64,000 bases of DNA from Leucoraja erinacea. Taxonomy: Eukaryota. Each line of letters starts with the position of its first letter. Position 1 is the stretch's first letter. Of the stretch, positions 63,835-64,000 are shown piece after piece. Position numbers and translations under genes: made by a program. Under the pieces are notes generated by a model. That model searched no databases and was not told where the DNA came from. It worked only from the letters and a program-made list of their open reading frames with translations. The stretch covers positions 39,556,001 through 39,620,000 of the forward strand of contig NC_073387.1 in NCBI RefSeq assembly GCF_028641065.1. Direction: 5' to 3'.

Positions 63835-64000
63835 ATACTTTTGTTGAAGACTGAGTTTCTAACCTAGAGGTTCCCTCCACCATTAAGGCAATTTCAGAGA
63901 TATTAACCTCTGTGTGGCATTTGTTCAGAGAAGTTACTGGGGAAATGTAATATAAAAATATTTTATGAAGTAATAATATTGGAGTATCAATATAGAATTC

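Overview
AT-rich, repeat-dense vertebrate intronic or intergenic DNA. The HER1-like CR1 LINEs and HE1-like SINEs suggest a cartilaginous fish, probably a skate or ray (inference). No intact host protein-coding gene is supportable; the longer ORFs are retroelement relics or GA-rich low-complexity artefacts. Contents: CR1, RTE, Rex1/Babar, L1 and Penelope fragments, about a dozen tRNA-type SINEs, five TWA-TSD (PIF/Harbinger-type) non-autonomous DNA elements, several non-autonomous Helitrons with internal minisatellites, and two N gaps. Most notable: (1) a ~140-bp TSD-flanked retroposon in two copies whose 5' end folds as a minimal HDV/CPEB3-like ribozyme starting exactly at the insertion boundary; (2) a Pack-type Harbinger element that captured a ZFP36/TIS11 tandem CCCH zinc-finger fragment; (3) many dispersed Penelope-derived minimal hammerhead ribozyme motifs; (4) an 8-bp-TSD MITE carrying telomeric repeats; (5) Helitron 5' modules carrying a TATA-Inr-splice donor cassette. 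All calls were made by eye, without database searches.
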